Below, in pieces: positions 1 through 12,463 of a stretch of DNA of 64,000 nt. Both the position numbers and the translations under genes were made by a program. The stretch is from Eledone cirrhosa (Eukaryota), in contig OZ024743.1 in the NCBI GenBank assembly GCA_964016885.1, positions 85,808,001 to 85,872,000 of the forward strand, given 5' to 3'. Within the stretch, counting starts at the first letter, position 1; each line of letters begins with the position of its first letter. The notes beneath the pieces are model-generated. The model saw only the letters and a program-made list of their open reading frames with translations, did no database searches and was not told the DNA's origin.

Positions 1-767
1 CTTAGCGCATAAAATTGGAATTGAAAAGTTATTCATACAGGTATTAAGTTTTAAAATTCTAACCATCCTAAAAATAAAAAGCCTAGTTGAGGGTACAAAT
101 AAATTGCTACGGCAGTCGCTGGTGGGTCCCACACAGCAGGGGGCCCGGGGAAAGTGCCTCCTCCCCCCATTAAATCCGGTCCTGGTTGCCGCCACCGTAA
201 ACTCAAGGTTCCGAGTAGGCACTGTAAAATCCAATCCTTCGGCTGGGGTGGGGTGTGCTGGCACAAAAAAAAAAAAAAAAAAAAAAAAAAATCAATATTT
301 CCGGTAGGCGGCGGTGGGAAGTGTATGCTTGGGTAGGTAATCCATTTAAGGGAAAGGAAATCCCACTGCCTTGAGGCCATACCCACTCACACTTATTGTA
401 AAGGATTTGAGAGTAAAATCCGAGGGCAAACACGGAATTTATCTTTCAACATCCTGTAATGATTGAACAGGAAATATCCAAGAGAAAATAAAAATAAAAT
501 AAAACAAGATTTAATTCAAAAGATTTGCAGTATTTGTTCCAGGTCGCTGCGTTCTGAGTTCAAATCCCGGTGGCAATTTACTAGACTTTCCCCATTCTCC
601 AAATTGTTTGTCTTATGACTAAACTAGCTGAGGTATGTTTTGAATAGCTTTACTAGAGGACAGATTGTTACGAAAATTAGTAGTAAAGATTAATTTGAAA
701 TGTGATACACTCCTAGTGCAGCTTTTTAAAAAAAAACAAAGAAAAAAAACGTTTCGCTAACGGCTAA

Positions 768-1531
768 GAGAGGAGAGTTACCACACGAGAAACTGGCAGT
801 GTGACGTGAAGAGGGGAGAGTTACCACACGAGAAACTGGCGGTGTGACGTGAAGAGGGGGGGGGGGGGGGGGGGGGAGTTTCCACGCGAGAAACTGACGG
901 TGTGACGTGAAGAGGGAAGAGTTACCACACGAGAAACTGGCAGTGTGACGTGAAGAGGGGAGAGTTAGCACACGAGAAACTGGCAGTGTGACGTGAAGAG
1001 GGGAGAGTTACCACACGAGAAACTGGCAGTGTGACGTGAAGAGGGGAGAGTTACCACACGAGAAACTGGCGGTGTGACGTGAAGAGGGGAGAGTTACCAC
1101 ACGAGAAACTGGCGGTGTGACGTGAAGAGGGGGGGGGGGAGTTACCACGCGAGAAACTGACGGTGTGACGTGAAGAGGGAAGAGTTACCTCACGAGAAAC
1201 TGGCAGTGTGACGTGAAGAGGGGAGAGTTACCACAGCAGAAACTGGCGGTGTGACGTGAAGAAGGGAGAGTTACCCCACGAGAAACTGGCGGTGTGACGT
1301 GAAGAGGGGAGAGTTACCACACAAGAAACTGGCAGTGTGACGTGAAGAGGGGAGAGTTACCACACGAGAAACTGGCAGTGTGACGTGAAGAGGGGAGAGT
1401 TACCACACGAGAAACTGGCAGTGTGACGTGAAGAGGGGAGAGTTACCACACGAGAAACTGGCGGTGTGACGTGAAGAGGGGAGAGTTACCACAGCAGAAA
1501 CTGGCGGTGTGACGAAGAGGGGAGAGTTACC
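768..1531. repeat. Minisatellite, ~43-bp unit, ~18 copies
   Basis: Unit GAGAGTTACCACACGAGAAACTGGC(A/G)GTGTGACGTGAAGAGGG repeats with period ~43 (e.g. 773, 816); two units have expanded poly-G. Confidence 0.95.
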
Positions 1532-1538
1532 ATTGCGG

Positions 1539-1742
1539 GTGAGAGAGCGAGTGTGAGTGAGAGAGCGAGTGTGAGTGAGAGAGCAAGTGTGAGTGATTGA
1601 GCGAGTGTGAGTGATAGAGCGAGTGTGAGTGATAGAGCGAGTGTGAGTGATAGAGCGAGTGTGAGTGAGAGAGCGAGTGTGAGGAGAGAGCGAGTGTGAG
1701 TGACTGAGTGAGCGAATGAGCGAGTGAGAGAGTGAGCGAGCG
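1539..1742. repeat. 18-bp minisatellite (GAGAGAGCGAGTGTGAGT)n, degenerating at the 3' end
   Basis: Tandem copies read directly, abutting the 43-bp array. Confidence 0.9.
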
Positions 1743-1989
1743 TGAAACAGTTTTGTCACTTTAACCACCATTAGTTCAGATAAAATAAAATACTAAATTA
1801 CAATATGTACAAGAATCGATGTATGATCGAATCGCAGGTGTGCCGTCTTGAGTATTTAAATTTGGCGGAGCTCATACCCTCTCCATGTCTGAACACAGCC
1901 GATTTCTTCCAGAGGTGAAGTGAGAGATATAGAGGAAGAATCGATTCTAGTACTGGACTGACTTTCTAGTACTGGACCGACTTTAGCTC

Positions 1990-2110
1990 AAATGGATGAA
2001 CAACGAAGTTGACTTCGGCTGGATTTGAACTCAGACCACAGAAAGCCGGAATGACTACCACCAAGAATTCTGTCTGACGACGTTTCTCACAATTCTACCA
2101 ATTCGTCGCT
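1990..2110 (-). mobile_element. Degenerate tRNA-derived SINE fragment
   Basis: ggatgaa..aagttgacttcggctggatttgaactcag matches the SINE at 3200-3386, including the B box. Confidence 0.65.
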
Positions 2111-2367
2111 TTATAGAGATCAATAGATTCAACTGTAACCCTTGAAGGCAGTACTCCAGCATGGTCACAGTCTAGTGTCGGGAGAAACAGTAAAAGAAAA
2201 AAAAAAAAGCAAGTTTAAAATCATTGTTAGTAAGACATCTAAAGATTTTGTGAAATCTGTCTGGTATGTGGCAGAACTAAATAGACTAGCAATGTTAACT
2301 TGAAGAAAAAAGAAAAAAAAAAAATTAAAAACGAAAACAACTCAAATACCGGTACATGTTAGAAAAT

Positions 2368-2399
<32 letters not shown>

Positions 2400-2943
2400 G
2401 AATTAACTTAAGGAGGAACATAGCCACCCCTTTTGTAGGTAACCTTAATAACAGAGTACCGACAGAACATAAAAGACTAGAGTGAAGCGAGAATGTCAGT
2501 TAAAGAAAATATGTAACGCTGGAAATATTTTAACAAAACTATACGATTTAAAAAGAAAAATTGAATGAAAAGATTTTCACGTCGAGGTATTCAAGTTTGA
2601 CTTTAAAATTAAGTGGTTTGAAATTAGTTTTTCATTGCGAAGGTCGTGGTAACTACCTTGGCTTTATACACACACACACACACGACACACACACATATAT
2701 ATATATACGAGGAAGTAATTAATGGGGTGAGGTTGGATTTCTTTTAAATATTTTCTATAAAATTTACAGGAGTAACTCGAATAAGCAATTGTTAACTTTA
2801 GTTCATTGTTCTCTTTCAAGTGTTGGGAGTAATTTAATTAAAGGTGGGAAGTAGTCATTCACTTTTGAAGATAGAGGAGAGTAACGTGACGAAGTATTGG
2901 TTCAAATTTATCTAGTACGGCCTACGTTTATGTATGTCATCGT

Positions 2944-2980
<37 letters not shown>

Positions 2981-2990
<10 letters not shown>

Positions 2991-3540
2991 CCCCGGTATT
3001 CGCGAGGATTATGTTCGTAGAGCACCCGCGAATTGTCAAAAACAGCGAATATTGGACGTGGTCCATAAAAATGCCTATAAACGTCAAAATATAACGTAAA
3101 ATATAAAAAAAGAGGGAGCGTCTTATGCGAAGGGGCGTCCAATAGACCGGCAAATACGGTATATTGTTATTAATAATTTAGCGTTAAAATATATATAATT
3201 GTGTCTACTTTTGGCACTAGGCCAGCAATTAACCAGTACATTACTGGTACTTTATTTTATCGACCCCGTAAGGATGAAAGGCAAAGTTAACCTTGGCGGG
3301 ATTTGAACTCAGTTTGTAAAGGGACGTAACTCTATACTGGAAAGCATGGCGTCCGACTCTCTACCGATACTGCCAATCCACCGCCCTAAAATATATATAA
3401 TGCCACGAAAAATGCCATAAAATATCGCAGAAGATATTTACGATTCCGCGAATATGCGGTGGTTTCCACGAACAATTATTAGTTAGGTTCTAAGGAAAAT
3501 TCCGCGAATAACCGGGACCGCGAATGTTAGGGGTGGGGTA

Positions 3541-3545
<5 letters not shown>
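2981..3545. mobile_element. Non-autonomous DNA transposon relic (Tigger/pogo-like MITE) between two (TA)n tracts, interrupted by a SINE
   Basis: Left end tactgtagttccccggtattcgcg; right end ccgcgaataaccggg...cgcgaat...gtacacta; repeated ttcgcg/cgcgaa subterminal motifs in inverted orientation. TIRs are imperfect. Confidence 0.5.
3200..3386 (-). mobile_element. Full-length tRNA-derived SINE with 15-bp target-site duplication
   Basis: Minus strand has A box tggcagtatcgg and B box gttcaaatcc; TAAAATATATATAAT flanks it at 3185-3199 and 3387-3401; many family copies in the window. Confidence 0.9.
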
Positions 3546-3595
<50 letters not shown>

Positions 3596-3900
3596 CATAT
3601 CTTATATCTACGATGGCTGCAGCTTGTTGATGCCCGTCACCCCCATACCAGTGATTGGTGCTAGTCGGTGTAGGTTTATCGGGATGCGGGACACAGGAAT
3701 GTGTGATTTAGCTCATCCTTGAGCGGTAAGGTTTTGGTGTCTAAGGTCAATTGTAGGTGTATGGTTTAGGTTTGCGTTTGCTTACATACCTGTTTGGCTT
3801 ATGTTTGAATATATTTATGTTCAAGTTAAGGCAATTGACGGTGTTAGTGGCAAGCGCACGTTAACATACAGAGTCAGACAGACAAACACGATAAAGACAC

Positions 3901-6900
3901 TCATCCGTAGAGGAGGCTGGTGAGAACAACGGCGCTGTACACCTTGAGCTTGGTGGACTGCCTGATGTGCTGGTTCAGGACGAGTGTCCTCAGGCGGCCG
4001 AGGACTTGACTGGCCTTGCAGATTCTGGCGTTTATCTCCTCGTCGAGGTTTCCATCGCTGCTGATGACACTGCCGAGGTACTTGAAGTCGTCCACCGTCT
4101 TTAGCTGGGTGCCTCCGATGGAGATGGAAGGAGGGTGGGCGACGGAGGTAGGTGCAGGCTGGAACAGGACCTCAGTCTTGCCAAGGCTAATTGTGAGATC
4201 GAAGAGGCAGGAGACCTCCGCGAACTTGTTGACGATGAGTTGGAGACCAGACTCCCTGTAGGCCATGAGGGCACAGTCGTCAGCAAAAAGCACCTCCAGG
4301 ACGATCCTCTGCACGTCTTGGCCGTCAGGCGCCGCAGGTCAAACAGGGAGCCGATACACTCCGTGCTCGAGGTCCCCGAGGCATGATTGAACACGCAGGT
4401 GAAGAACAGGTTAAGAGGACGGGAGCCAGCACGCATCCTTGCTTGACGCCGTTGGTGATTCCGAACGGCTCCGATACCTCTCCGCCCGAGCGCACCTTCC
4501 CGGTATGTCGTCATGGAATTGCCGTATCAGGTTCACAAACTTCGTCGGGCATCCAAACTTCGACAGGATCGACCAGAGGGATTCCCTGTTGACAGTGTCG
4601 AATGCCTTCGTCAAGTCTATGAAGACGGCAAAGAGGTCCATGTTCTGCTCGACACTTCTCCTGCACCTGGCGTACAGAGAAGATCATGGCGATCCTGCTG
4701 CGGTTTGGGCGGAACCCACACTGGGCCTCAGGCAGGTTGTCCTCCGAGATGTTAGCAATGAGGCGGTTGAACATGACCCGAGCCAGGACCTTCCCAGCGA
4801 TGGACAGGAGAGAAATTCCCCGATAGTTGCCACAATCAGGTTTGCTGCCTTTGTTCTTAAAAAGCAAGACAACTGTGGCATCCCTGAAGTCTTTGGGCAC
4901 CTCTTCTGGAAGGCCCCCAGGGCAGCTGGACCGGCCGACTTGAAGATCTCGGCAGGAATCTCGTCCTTCCTAGGGGCCTTTCCTGAGCTGGTCTGGTTGA
5001 TTGCCTTCGTGACTTCATCCAACGTGGGGTAAGGGGGTAGGGGTAGGTAGGTCGAGGTTGCCGACTACGGGCTTCAGTGGGACCTGGTCGAGGGCGGCAG
5101 GGTCTACAGTGGAGGACCTGTTGAGCAGGTTGCTGAAGTGATCTCTCTACCTCGAGTTGATGCTGCTCTTCTCCTTCAGCAGGATCGAGCCGTCAGCAGA
5201 CAGCAGCGGTGTGGTGACAGGCTTGGGGTGTCCGTAGACGTCCCCGATGGCGCTGAAGAACGTCTTGGAGTTCTTTGTGTCAGCGTATCTCTCGACTTCT
5301 TCGGCCTTCTTTTCCCACCACTTGTCCTGCATTCTGCGTAGCGCTGCTTGGGTCTGCCTCTGGAGGCGCTTGAAGCGGTCGCGCTTCGAGGTGGAGGAGC
5401 TGTCATTCTGCCACTCAATGAAAGCCCTCCTCTTCTTGTCCAGGAGTTGTCTGATGCGCTCATCGTTTTCATCAAACCAGTCCTAGTGAACTCTCCTCCT
5501 CGGCCCGATGGTTGCCTTGGCTGACTGTCACCAGCGACCTGAACTGGTCCCACTGTTGAGTTGGGGGTCCGGTCAGTGGTCCATGGGCAATCAGCCGGCC
5601 GTCCAGGTCTTCCGCGAACGCATCACGATGCTCTGGCTGCTTGAGTCGTGCGACGTCGAAAGCTGGCCTACAGACTTTCGGAGTCTTGCGATGCGTTGGA
5701 GTGGTGTGAAGTGACAGGATGGTCCTGACAAGGCGATGGTCGGTCCAACACTCTGCACCACGCATGGCCCTGGTGATTCTGACGTCACGGATGTCCCCCC
5801 TGCGGCATATGGCAAAGTCAATCAGATGCCACTGTTTGGATCTGGGGTGCATCCATGTCGTCTTGAACTTGTCTGCCTGGCGGAACAGTGTGCTGGTGAG
5901 GTCGTTCTCGGCGCAGAAACTCAACAGTATGAGGCCGTTAGAGTTCAGCGTCCCTGTGCCGTGAGGTCCCAGCACGCCTCTCCATTTGCTGCTGTCAGAC
6001 CAGACTCTTGCGTTGAAGTCCCCCAGTAGGATGAGTTTATCGCTTGGGGGGACGCCCTTCACGAGTGCGTTGATTTCCCCGTAGAAAGCGTCCTTTGCTT
6101 CATCGCTGCTGGTGAGAGTGGGGTGTACGCGCTGATGACTGTGACATGCCGAGATGGGTCGAGGGGGAAGCGGACCTTCATCAGCCGCTCACTCACAGGT
6201 GTTGGGAGGTCTGGTAGCTGCTTGCAGAGTGAAGTCCTGATGGCCAGGCCTACCCCGTGGATTCTGTCCTCGTCCTTTGCATTGCCCTTCCAGAAGAAGG
6301 TGTAGCCTCCTTTCGGTTCTGCTACTGATCCTTCTTTGGCAAGTCTAGTCTCGCTGAGAGCGGCTATGTCGATCCGGTAGTGAGCTAATTCCCTTGCCAG
6401 TTCTTCTCTGGCCTCAAGGAGGTTTCCCTATCCATGAGGGCGCGCATATTCCATGCGCCAAGAATCAAGTTCTTTCTATTATGTTGGTTTCGACCGCTTG
6501 TAAGGGTAAAACCGCCAGCCGTGGTAGACTGGCCGGCTTTGTGTGGGACGAGCATTTGGTTAGGGCTCCTTTTATCGCTCTCCCCTCGTGCGATGTTGAG
6601 CAGTGCTCCTCTGAAAAGGGCTGCTCAGTCAGCCGGTGGAATGCCTGATCTCCTCTGTCATCCCAGGGTCAGGAGGAGAACGACTTGCGCATCCAGGCCG
6701 CCCACGTGTGGGTTTGAGACTGGCAACTCCTAGAGATTACCTCCACCTCTCGCCCATCGCCGCAGGGCTTTGGGAGTGCACGCTAAAGAAGAAACCTGTG
6801 CGGGAAAGGTTTATAGTGGGAGAGCCAGTGCATAGTGACGGTCCCACTCACTCGGCCGCAAAAGCCAGAATCCGGTGGTACGGAGGACCGTCACGACCAG

Positions 6901-7290
6901 GAACTTCCTTGGCTGCAGTGGATGGCCACGACGTCTGTAGTGCTTTGCTGTGCCCTAGCGCTCCACACCGCTTGCTGTCGCCGCCTTCATGACCGTTGGG
7001 ACGATGTTGTCCTCCTCCACTCACTCTGCTGGGTCCAGTCTTCGCATGCAGGGGAAGGCATCCCCTATCTAACTCACCGGGGGTTTCAGACCTCTCCAGC
7101 TACCCTCAACCTGGTTCGGCCCGCCAGCCAAGGCGGTTTACCAGGGTGTGGCCGTTGTCGCATGCTACAGCTTCTTGGGACCACAGGTGAGAGCTGAGTG
7201 TCAGGTGGGACCCAATGCAGGACGAGCTGTCTTGAAAAGGGCATGGCTATACCCCCCTCTACAGAGGTACATGCCCCTCTCTGACACCCT
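3901..7290 (-). mobile_element. RTE-clade (BovB-like) LINE, GC-rich, frameshifted, with 5' UTR; 3' end missing
   Basis: APE motifs LGAWNMR, LLGDFNARV, TTWMHPRSKQWHLID, WTDHRLV; RT motifs NYRGISLLS, FIDLTKAFDTV, LFADD, FKYLGS across ORFs 5472-6062, 4511-4900, 4411-4641, 3901-4314; stops abruptly at LLYG. Confidence 0.95.
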
Positions 7291-7314
7291 AGGCATATAC
7301 ATATTTACACATTT

Positions 7315-7497
7315 TTGGAAGGCCGTTGACTATTATCAGTTCTTCCGCCCTTTGTCTGGTTTTGTTTTTTATCCTGCAGGGTGTACAAAACCACCCTCCT
7401 CACCAAGTAAACTTGGTGGGGTTGCCAGTTTAGTCGTCGACGACCCGACAGGTTGAACTGGTTTACATGTTACCAGTAGCACTCAAGAGTGACCTGA
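7315..7497 (-). mobile_element. 5'-terminal fragment of an RTE or bipartite RTE-derived element
   Basis: cctcctcaccaag..cttggtggggttgccagtttagtcg..cgacccgac is shared with 24830-24913 and 26135-26216. Confidence 0.75.
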
Positions 7498-7515
7498 CAT
7501 AGAGAGAGAAAGAGA

Positions 7516-7562
<47 letters not shown>

Positions 7563-7660
7563 AGTGTGTGTGCGAGTGTGCAGGTTTAACTGGCCTCCTC
7601 CAAGGTGTATCTCATTGGAGGTGTCTTGGGTGGTTTAATGATAGGGACCCCAAAGCCACG

Positions 7661-7766
7661 TGAAATAAAGTGTCTTGCTCAAGGAAACAACACATCACCC
7701 GGTCCGAGAATTGAACTCACAACCTTTCGGTTGCAAGCCCAATGCTCTAACCACTAAGCCATGCGC
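7661..7766 (-). mobile_element. Second tRNA-derived SINE family (head plus CORE/V-like segment)
   Basis: Minus strand tggcttagtggttagagc (A box), gagttcaattc (B box), then ccttgagcaagacactt. Confidence 0.75.
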
Positions 7767-8028
7767 ATTCACATACATCTCATAGTTTGGAGGGTCTTAC
7801 TGCAAATAAAAACAGACGCTCCTGTTAGTTTTCACTTAAATTTATTGAACATGCAACAGGTGCATGTTTTTTTTTTATTAGCAGTATGAGCTTCCCAAAG
7901 TGTAACAATATCTGTTTCAACACACGTTTTCAGAAATAAAATCTTGCAAAACAAATCCAAAAACAAAGTACACACACACTCACATATACATACATACATA
8001 CATACATACATACATACATACATACATA

Positions 8029-10892
8029 CATGATGACGGCTGCCCCTTCGCAATCGAGTATGGCCATTGCACGAAACCCCCAAAAATATATATAATAATA
8101 ATACCAACAACAACAATAATAATAATAGGAAAAAAATCGCTCGCTCGCATGCACAAATTAACGGTGCTGCGATCGAATGTGGCTTTTTAGTCCAGCCAAT
8201 GATCTAAAATGTCTTGTACAGAGTTGGCAACCAAAACATTCACTGGGAATAGCCGGCTGTGGTTGGATTTCAGGTACCTTTGCATGTCGTTTGAGCCCTC
8301 CTGCCGATTTACACTCGTCCACATGCTTGGCAGGCATGATGAGTAGTCAACCACTGGTCTCACTTTATGGCTGCGAAGATGACTTTCGAGTCCAGCTTTG
8401 CTGAGGCAGAATCTCGCACAGGTGCTGCATGTCAGCACCATAGGAGGACCCTCTCCGCCTGGAAATGCAACAGCAATGCCCTTTCTCACATCCCGCTTTA
8501 CTTTCTCGTATGCGATTCGAGATGCCTCAAAGGCAACTTTTCCCTCATATACAGTCTTTCTCCATTTATTACGATCAGCAGCAATATTTTCCCATGTATC
8601 AGCAGAGATGTTAGCGTCTTTCAAAGAGGCTTTCAAGGAATCCTTGTACCTCTTTTTTGGTTTATGTGGAGGTCGTTTTCCTTTAACTAACTCTCCATAA
8701 AAGAGTTGTTTCGGTATTCTAGAATCCTTCATCCTGGCAAGGTGACCACTCCATCGGAGTTTTTGCTTAAGCACAAGAGCTTCTATACTTTCACACAGAG
8801 CTTTCCAAAATCTTGACATCACTGATGTGGTCCCTCCAGTGAACGCCATGAATCCGTCTGAAACACATCTGATGGAAACGCTCCAATTATTTAAGGTGGC
8901 GTCGATATATGACCCAGGTCTCGCAGGCATAAAGCAGAGAAGAGAGCACACACGCCTTGTACACTTTTGACTTTGTCTTCTTGCATATGTCTCGCCGACC
9001 CCAGAGGCGCCTTTCTAGCTTTCCTAAAGCATCACTTGCTTTCCTAATTCTGAGTGGAATTTCATTATCAAGATTGACAGTGCTTCCCAGGTAGACAAAC
9101 AGATCAACCACTCCTAGTCATTTACCATACGCATAGATATTTGGTTCACTGTAACGCTTACCAGGGGCAGGACGGTTTTCTTGAGACTGACAGTCAATCC
9201 TAGGGCAGTGCAAGCATCAGAAAACGCATTCAAAATGTGCTGCATATCACTGTGTGCGCTACAAGATCGCGATCATCTGCATACAAGAGGTCTCTTATGA
9301 TTGATGTAAATACTATTGTTTTTGCAGCAAAGCGCCTGATGTTAAATATGCTGCCTGAGGTTCGATAGTGGATGTAAACACCATGCTCGCAATTCCTGAA
9401 AGCAATATAGAAAACAATTGCAAAGTATATGGCAAACAGGGTCGGTGATGGAATATTCCCCCGTTTCACTATTTTTTACTGAGATAGGCTCCGACATGTT
9501 ACATCTGACATTAACCCAAGCCTTCATGCCGTCATGGAAAAACCTAACCAAAGCAAGGAACTTATCAAGGCAACCAAGTTTCTGGAGAACCTTCCACAAT
9601 GCATTTCTGTTAACAGTATCGAAAGCTTTTGTCAGATCGACAAAAACTTGATACAGATCCAAACCTTGTTCCATGCACTTCTCCTGGAGCTATCTAGCTG
9701 AGAAGATCATATCAGTAGTGTCACGTCCAGCACGAAAACCTAGATTGACTTTCAGGAAGAACACAATCTGTAATGTGTGTCAGTAGACGGTCCAGAAGCA
9801 CCCTACATAAAATTTTTCCTACGACGGAAAGCAATGCTATACCTCTGTAGTTTCCACAATCATTCTTGTTACCTATTCCCTTGTACAAGACTACCATTAT
9901 TGCATCTCTCCAGTCCTCAGGTACGGATCCACTAGCCCATATCCTGCCAAACAAAGAGTGAAGATGTCGCAGAAGTCTCTTACCCTCATATTGTAAGAGC
10001 TCTGCATGTATGCCATCCATATCTGGAGACCTTCCACTGTTCAGCTTCGAGATAGCTACTGCAACCTCCACAAGCGTCGGTGGTATTGGGAGAACTACTT
10101 TCACAGGTTTTTCAGGAATGAGATTGAGGAAATCTTCATTGACGACAGACGGCTGATTCGAAAGTTCATCAAAGTGCTCTCGCCACCTTCGCAGAATTCC
10201 TTGTGAGCCACGAAGAAGTTCCTTGTCATTCTTGCTGCGAAGTGGTGTCACCAGAGAAGAAAACTTCACGCAAGAGACTGTACAACAGCTTTGTGCTATT
10301 GGAATCTGATGCAGCTTGAATCTCGTCAGCCTTCTCACTCCATCACTTATCCATCATCTGAGAAAGCCTCCGCCTCACACGTAATTTCACAACCTTGAGT
10401 TCCTTATGCAACATATTCTTCTCCTGTGGTTTTGCTGCCAAGTAGCGTGACAGAGCACGTCTCTTATCAGCCAACAAATCATCTATATGTTCATTTTCAT
10501 TAAACCACTCTTGCTTCTCTGTACCAATCCCAGAACACGCCTGTCTACATCATAAACCGACTTTTAAAGGGTCGGCCAATCCTCACCAAAATCTGCAACA
10601 TGCATCTCTTCTCGCAATGTCCTCTTCACATTATTATCTCTAAGACGAGCAGCATTCAGTCTCCTAGGTAGGGTAACACCAGGAGCCCGGATTTTACGTT
10701 CAGTGATTAGTTCACTTTTGTACGTACCAGGCGGTGGTCCGTCCAACATTCAGCCTCACGAAGAACACGAACATACTGCACATCCCGTCTGTTACGTACC
10801 CTGACAAGGACATAGTCCAAAAGATGCCATTCCTTAGATGCAGGATGCATCTATATGGTCTTAAATTTGTTCTTTTGCTGGAACATGGTGTT
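8029..10892 (-). mobile_element. RTE LINE, 5'-truncated and degenerate; same family as 18081-22400
   Basis: NYRGIALLS, FVDLTKAFDTV, LLYADD, FVYLGS, LRWSGHLARM and a C-terminal C2H2 finger; collinear with 18525-21333 but with many indels; 3' terminal motif at 8029-8072. Confidence 0.95.
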
Positions 10893-11182
10893 CTGTTTGT
10901 TCAGGAACTCCTCCTATGGTTTTGGAGATAGACCCCCATAACCATATATATATTCTGAAACTACATTGCCCAGGATACTTGGATAAGTATATTTAATTTA
11001 AACAAAGGGTTCCCCGGAGCACAAAACCCCGCTGAAAATGTTTTCCCTTCGATTTATATGAAATTTAAACCATAGGTAAATGACATGATATGATGCCTAT
11101 TCACAAAATTTCAGCAAATTTCAATAATATTAAGACATCCTAATGGGGGTTAAACCCCCTATAGTGGAAATTTTGGCCAATA

Positions 11183-11532
11183 AATGGAACAAGATATGTT
11201 GTAACAAGATTGCATGAGAACTTGATTGAAGCAACCATTATATTCGGGGCTGACAAAGGTCAATTCCGAGGATTCCACTGATACCATGTGATAGCGAGTT
11301 GCCTTTTACATTTAAGAGGCTGCAGTTCCCAGTGAGGCCATGCTTTGCCATAAGCATCAATAAGAGTTAAGGTCAAACTTCCAAAACTATTGGTATATAT
11401 CTGACAAATCCATGTTTCAGTCATGGCATGTTTTATGTGGCTGTTTCAAGGACTGGAACTTCAAAACATCTTTACATTTTAGCCAATCAAAGAAAGACAA
11501 GAAATGTTGTTTACCCTGAAGTTCTTCATTAG
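11183..11532 (+). pseudogene. Helitron RepHel PIF1-type helicase C-terminal remnant
   Basis: Manual translation: NGTRYVVTRLHENLIEATI...IPRIPLIP..LPFTFKRLQFPVRPCFAISINKS*GQT..IGIYL..PCFSHGMFYVAVSR...TRNVVYPEVL; has a frameshift and a stop. Confidence 0.88.
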
Positions 11533-12219
11533 GACAAAGTATGAAATATATTTTCATGTATTTATTATGTTAAAAAATAAATAATTAAATGATCAAATTT
11601 TGAATTGATATTTTGAAAAGAATTATTTACAAGAAACAAAATAAGAATAAGATTTAATAATATAATTTTGATTTGATATATTACAAAAAATAATGTAAAA
11701 ACACTTATTAGCAAGACATACCCTTTTCAAAGACCCTCATGTATAGATAAGAAATGTATAACCTGTAAAATAAGCCCCCATATTAACTGTAAAACTAGAA
11801 ATGTAGTGTATAGCATAAGATGTACTGAAGGACAATGTAGAGACAAAAATATAGTGTACATAGGTGAGACAGCTCGTAGTGTAGGGGAACGGATAAATGA
11901 ACACTGGCGAGACATTCAAGATAGTAAAGAATCATCTGTACTCTACCAACATGCTAAAATAGAACACAAGGGTAAATGAGAGAACATAGAAATAAAAATA
12001 GAATCTACACACAGAAAAGACGCAATGTTTAGACAAATCACAGATGCAATAAACATAAAAGAATTACAACCAAAATTAAATAGAAAATATGAGTGGAACA
12101 GCAACATCACAACTTACAATTAAGGACAAAATGAAAACACACACACACATAGAACAAACAACCAACCAGTAACATGTAAATAAACAAATAAATAAATAAA
12201 CATAAACACACACAGACAC

Positions 12220-12277
12220 CCGGATGTGGCGCATGCGCAGACTGAGCACACAACACAAACACAGAAACAAAATGGCG
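12220..12277 (+). promoter_or_regulatory. Candidate pseudo-LTR promoter cluster (ETS-, NRF1- and YY1-like sites); second copy 16282-16339
   Basis: CCGGATGT 12220-12227, palindrome GCGCATGCGC 12229-12238, AAAATGGCG 12269-12277, in otherwise AC-rich sequence; TATATAAA ~100 bp downstream. Confidence 0.55.
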
Positions 12278-12323
12278 TAGGACAGAACAAAGGAGAGGCA
12301 CAGAAACAAAGAAAGGAATCCCC

Positions 12324-12368
12324 AGTCACTGAAGAGGTCACAGAGTGTGTGACAAAAGAACTATGACA
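12324..12368 (+). ncRNA. Mutated minimal hammerhead ribozyme in upstream pseudo-LTR
   Basis: Same as 16386-16430 but GAAA is AAAA and one helix I pair is lost. Confidence 0.7.
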
Positions 12369-12463
12369 ATATATAAACAACTATCTGGTTGTGGAACCAA
12401 CCAACCAACCAGAAATTTATAAATTTATAAATTTATTATAATAAATTGAAGTGAAAGCAACTG

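Noticed and set aside
110-185. Possible hAT-like terminus (caggaccggattta, minus strand)
   Set aside because: No partner terminus or target duplication inside the window.
768-1531. CRISPR-like periodicity
   Set aside because: Units are contiguous with no unique spacers, there are no cas genes, and the context is eukaryotic.
3610-3900. Possible LINE C-terminal remnant (NHTFLCPA, minus strand)
   Set aside because: Too short and degenerate to support.
7700-7766. tRNA gene (also SINE heads at ~3290-3386 and 62424-62520)
   Set aside because: A and B boxes are present but there is no complete cloverleaf, and the sequence continues into a SINE body.
11183-11532. Host PIF1 helicase exon
   Set aside because: Frameshift, stop codon and Helitron-type C-terminus within a transposon pile.
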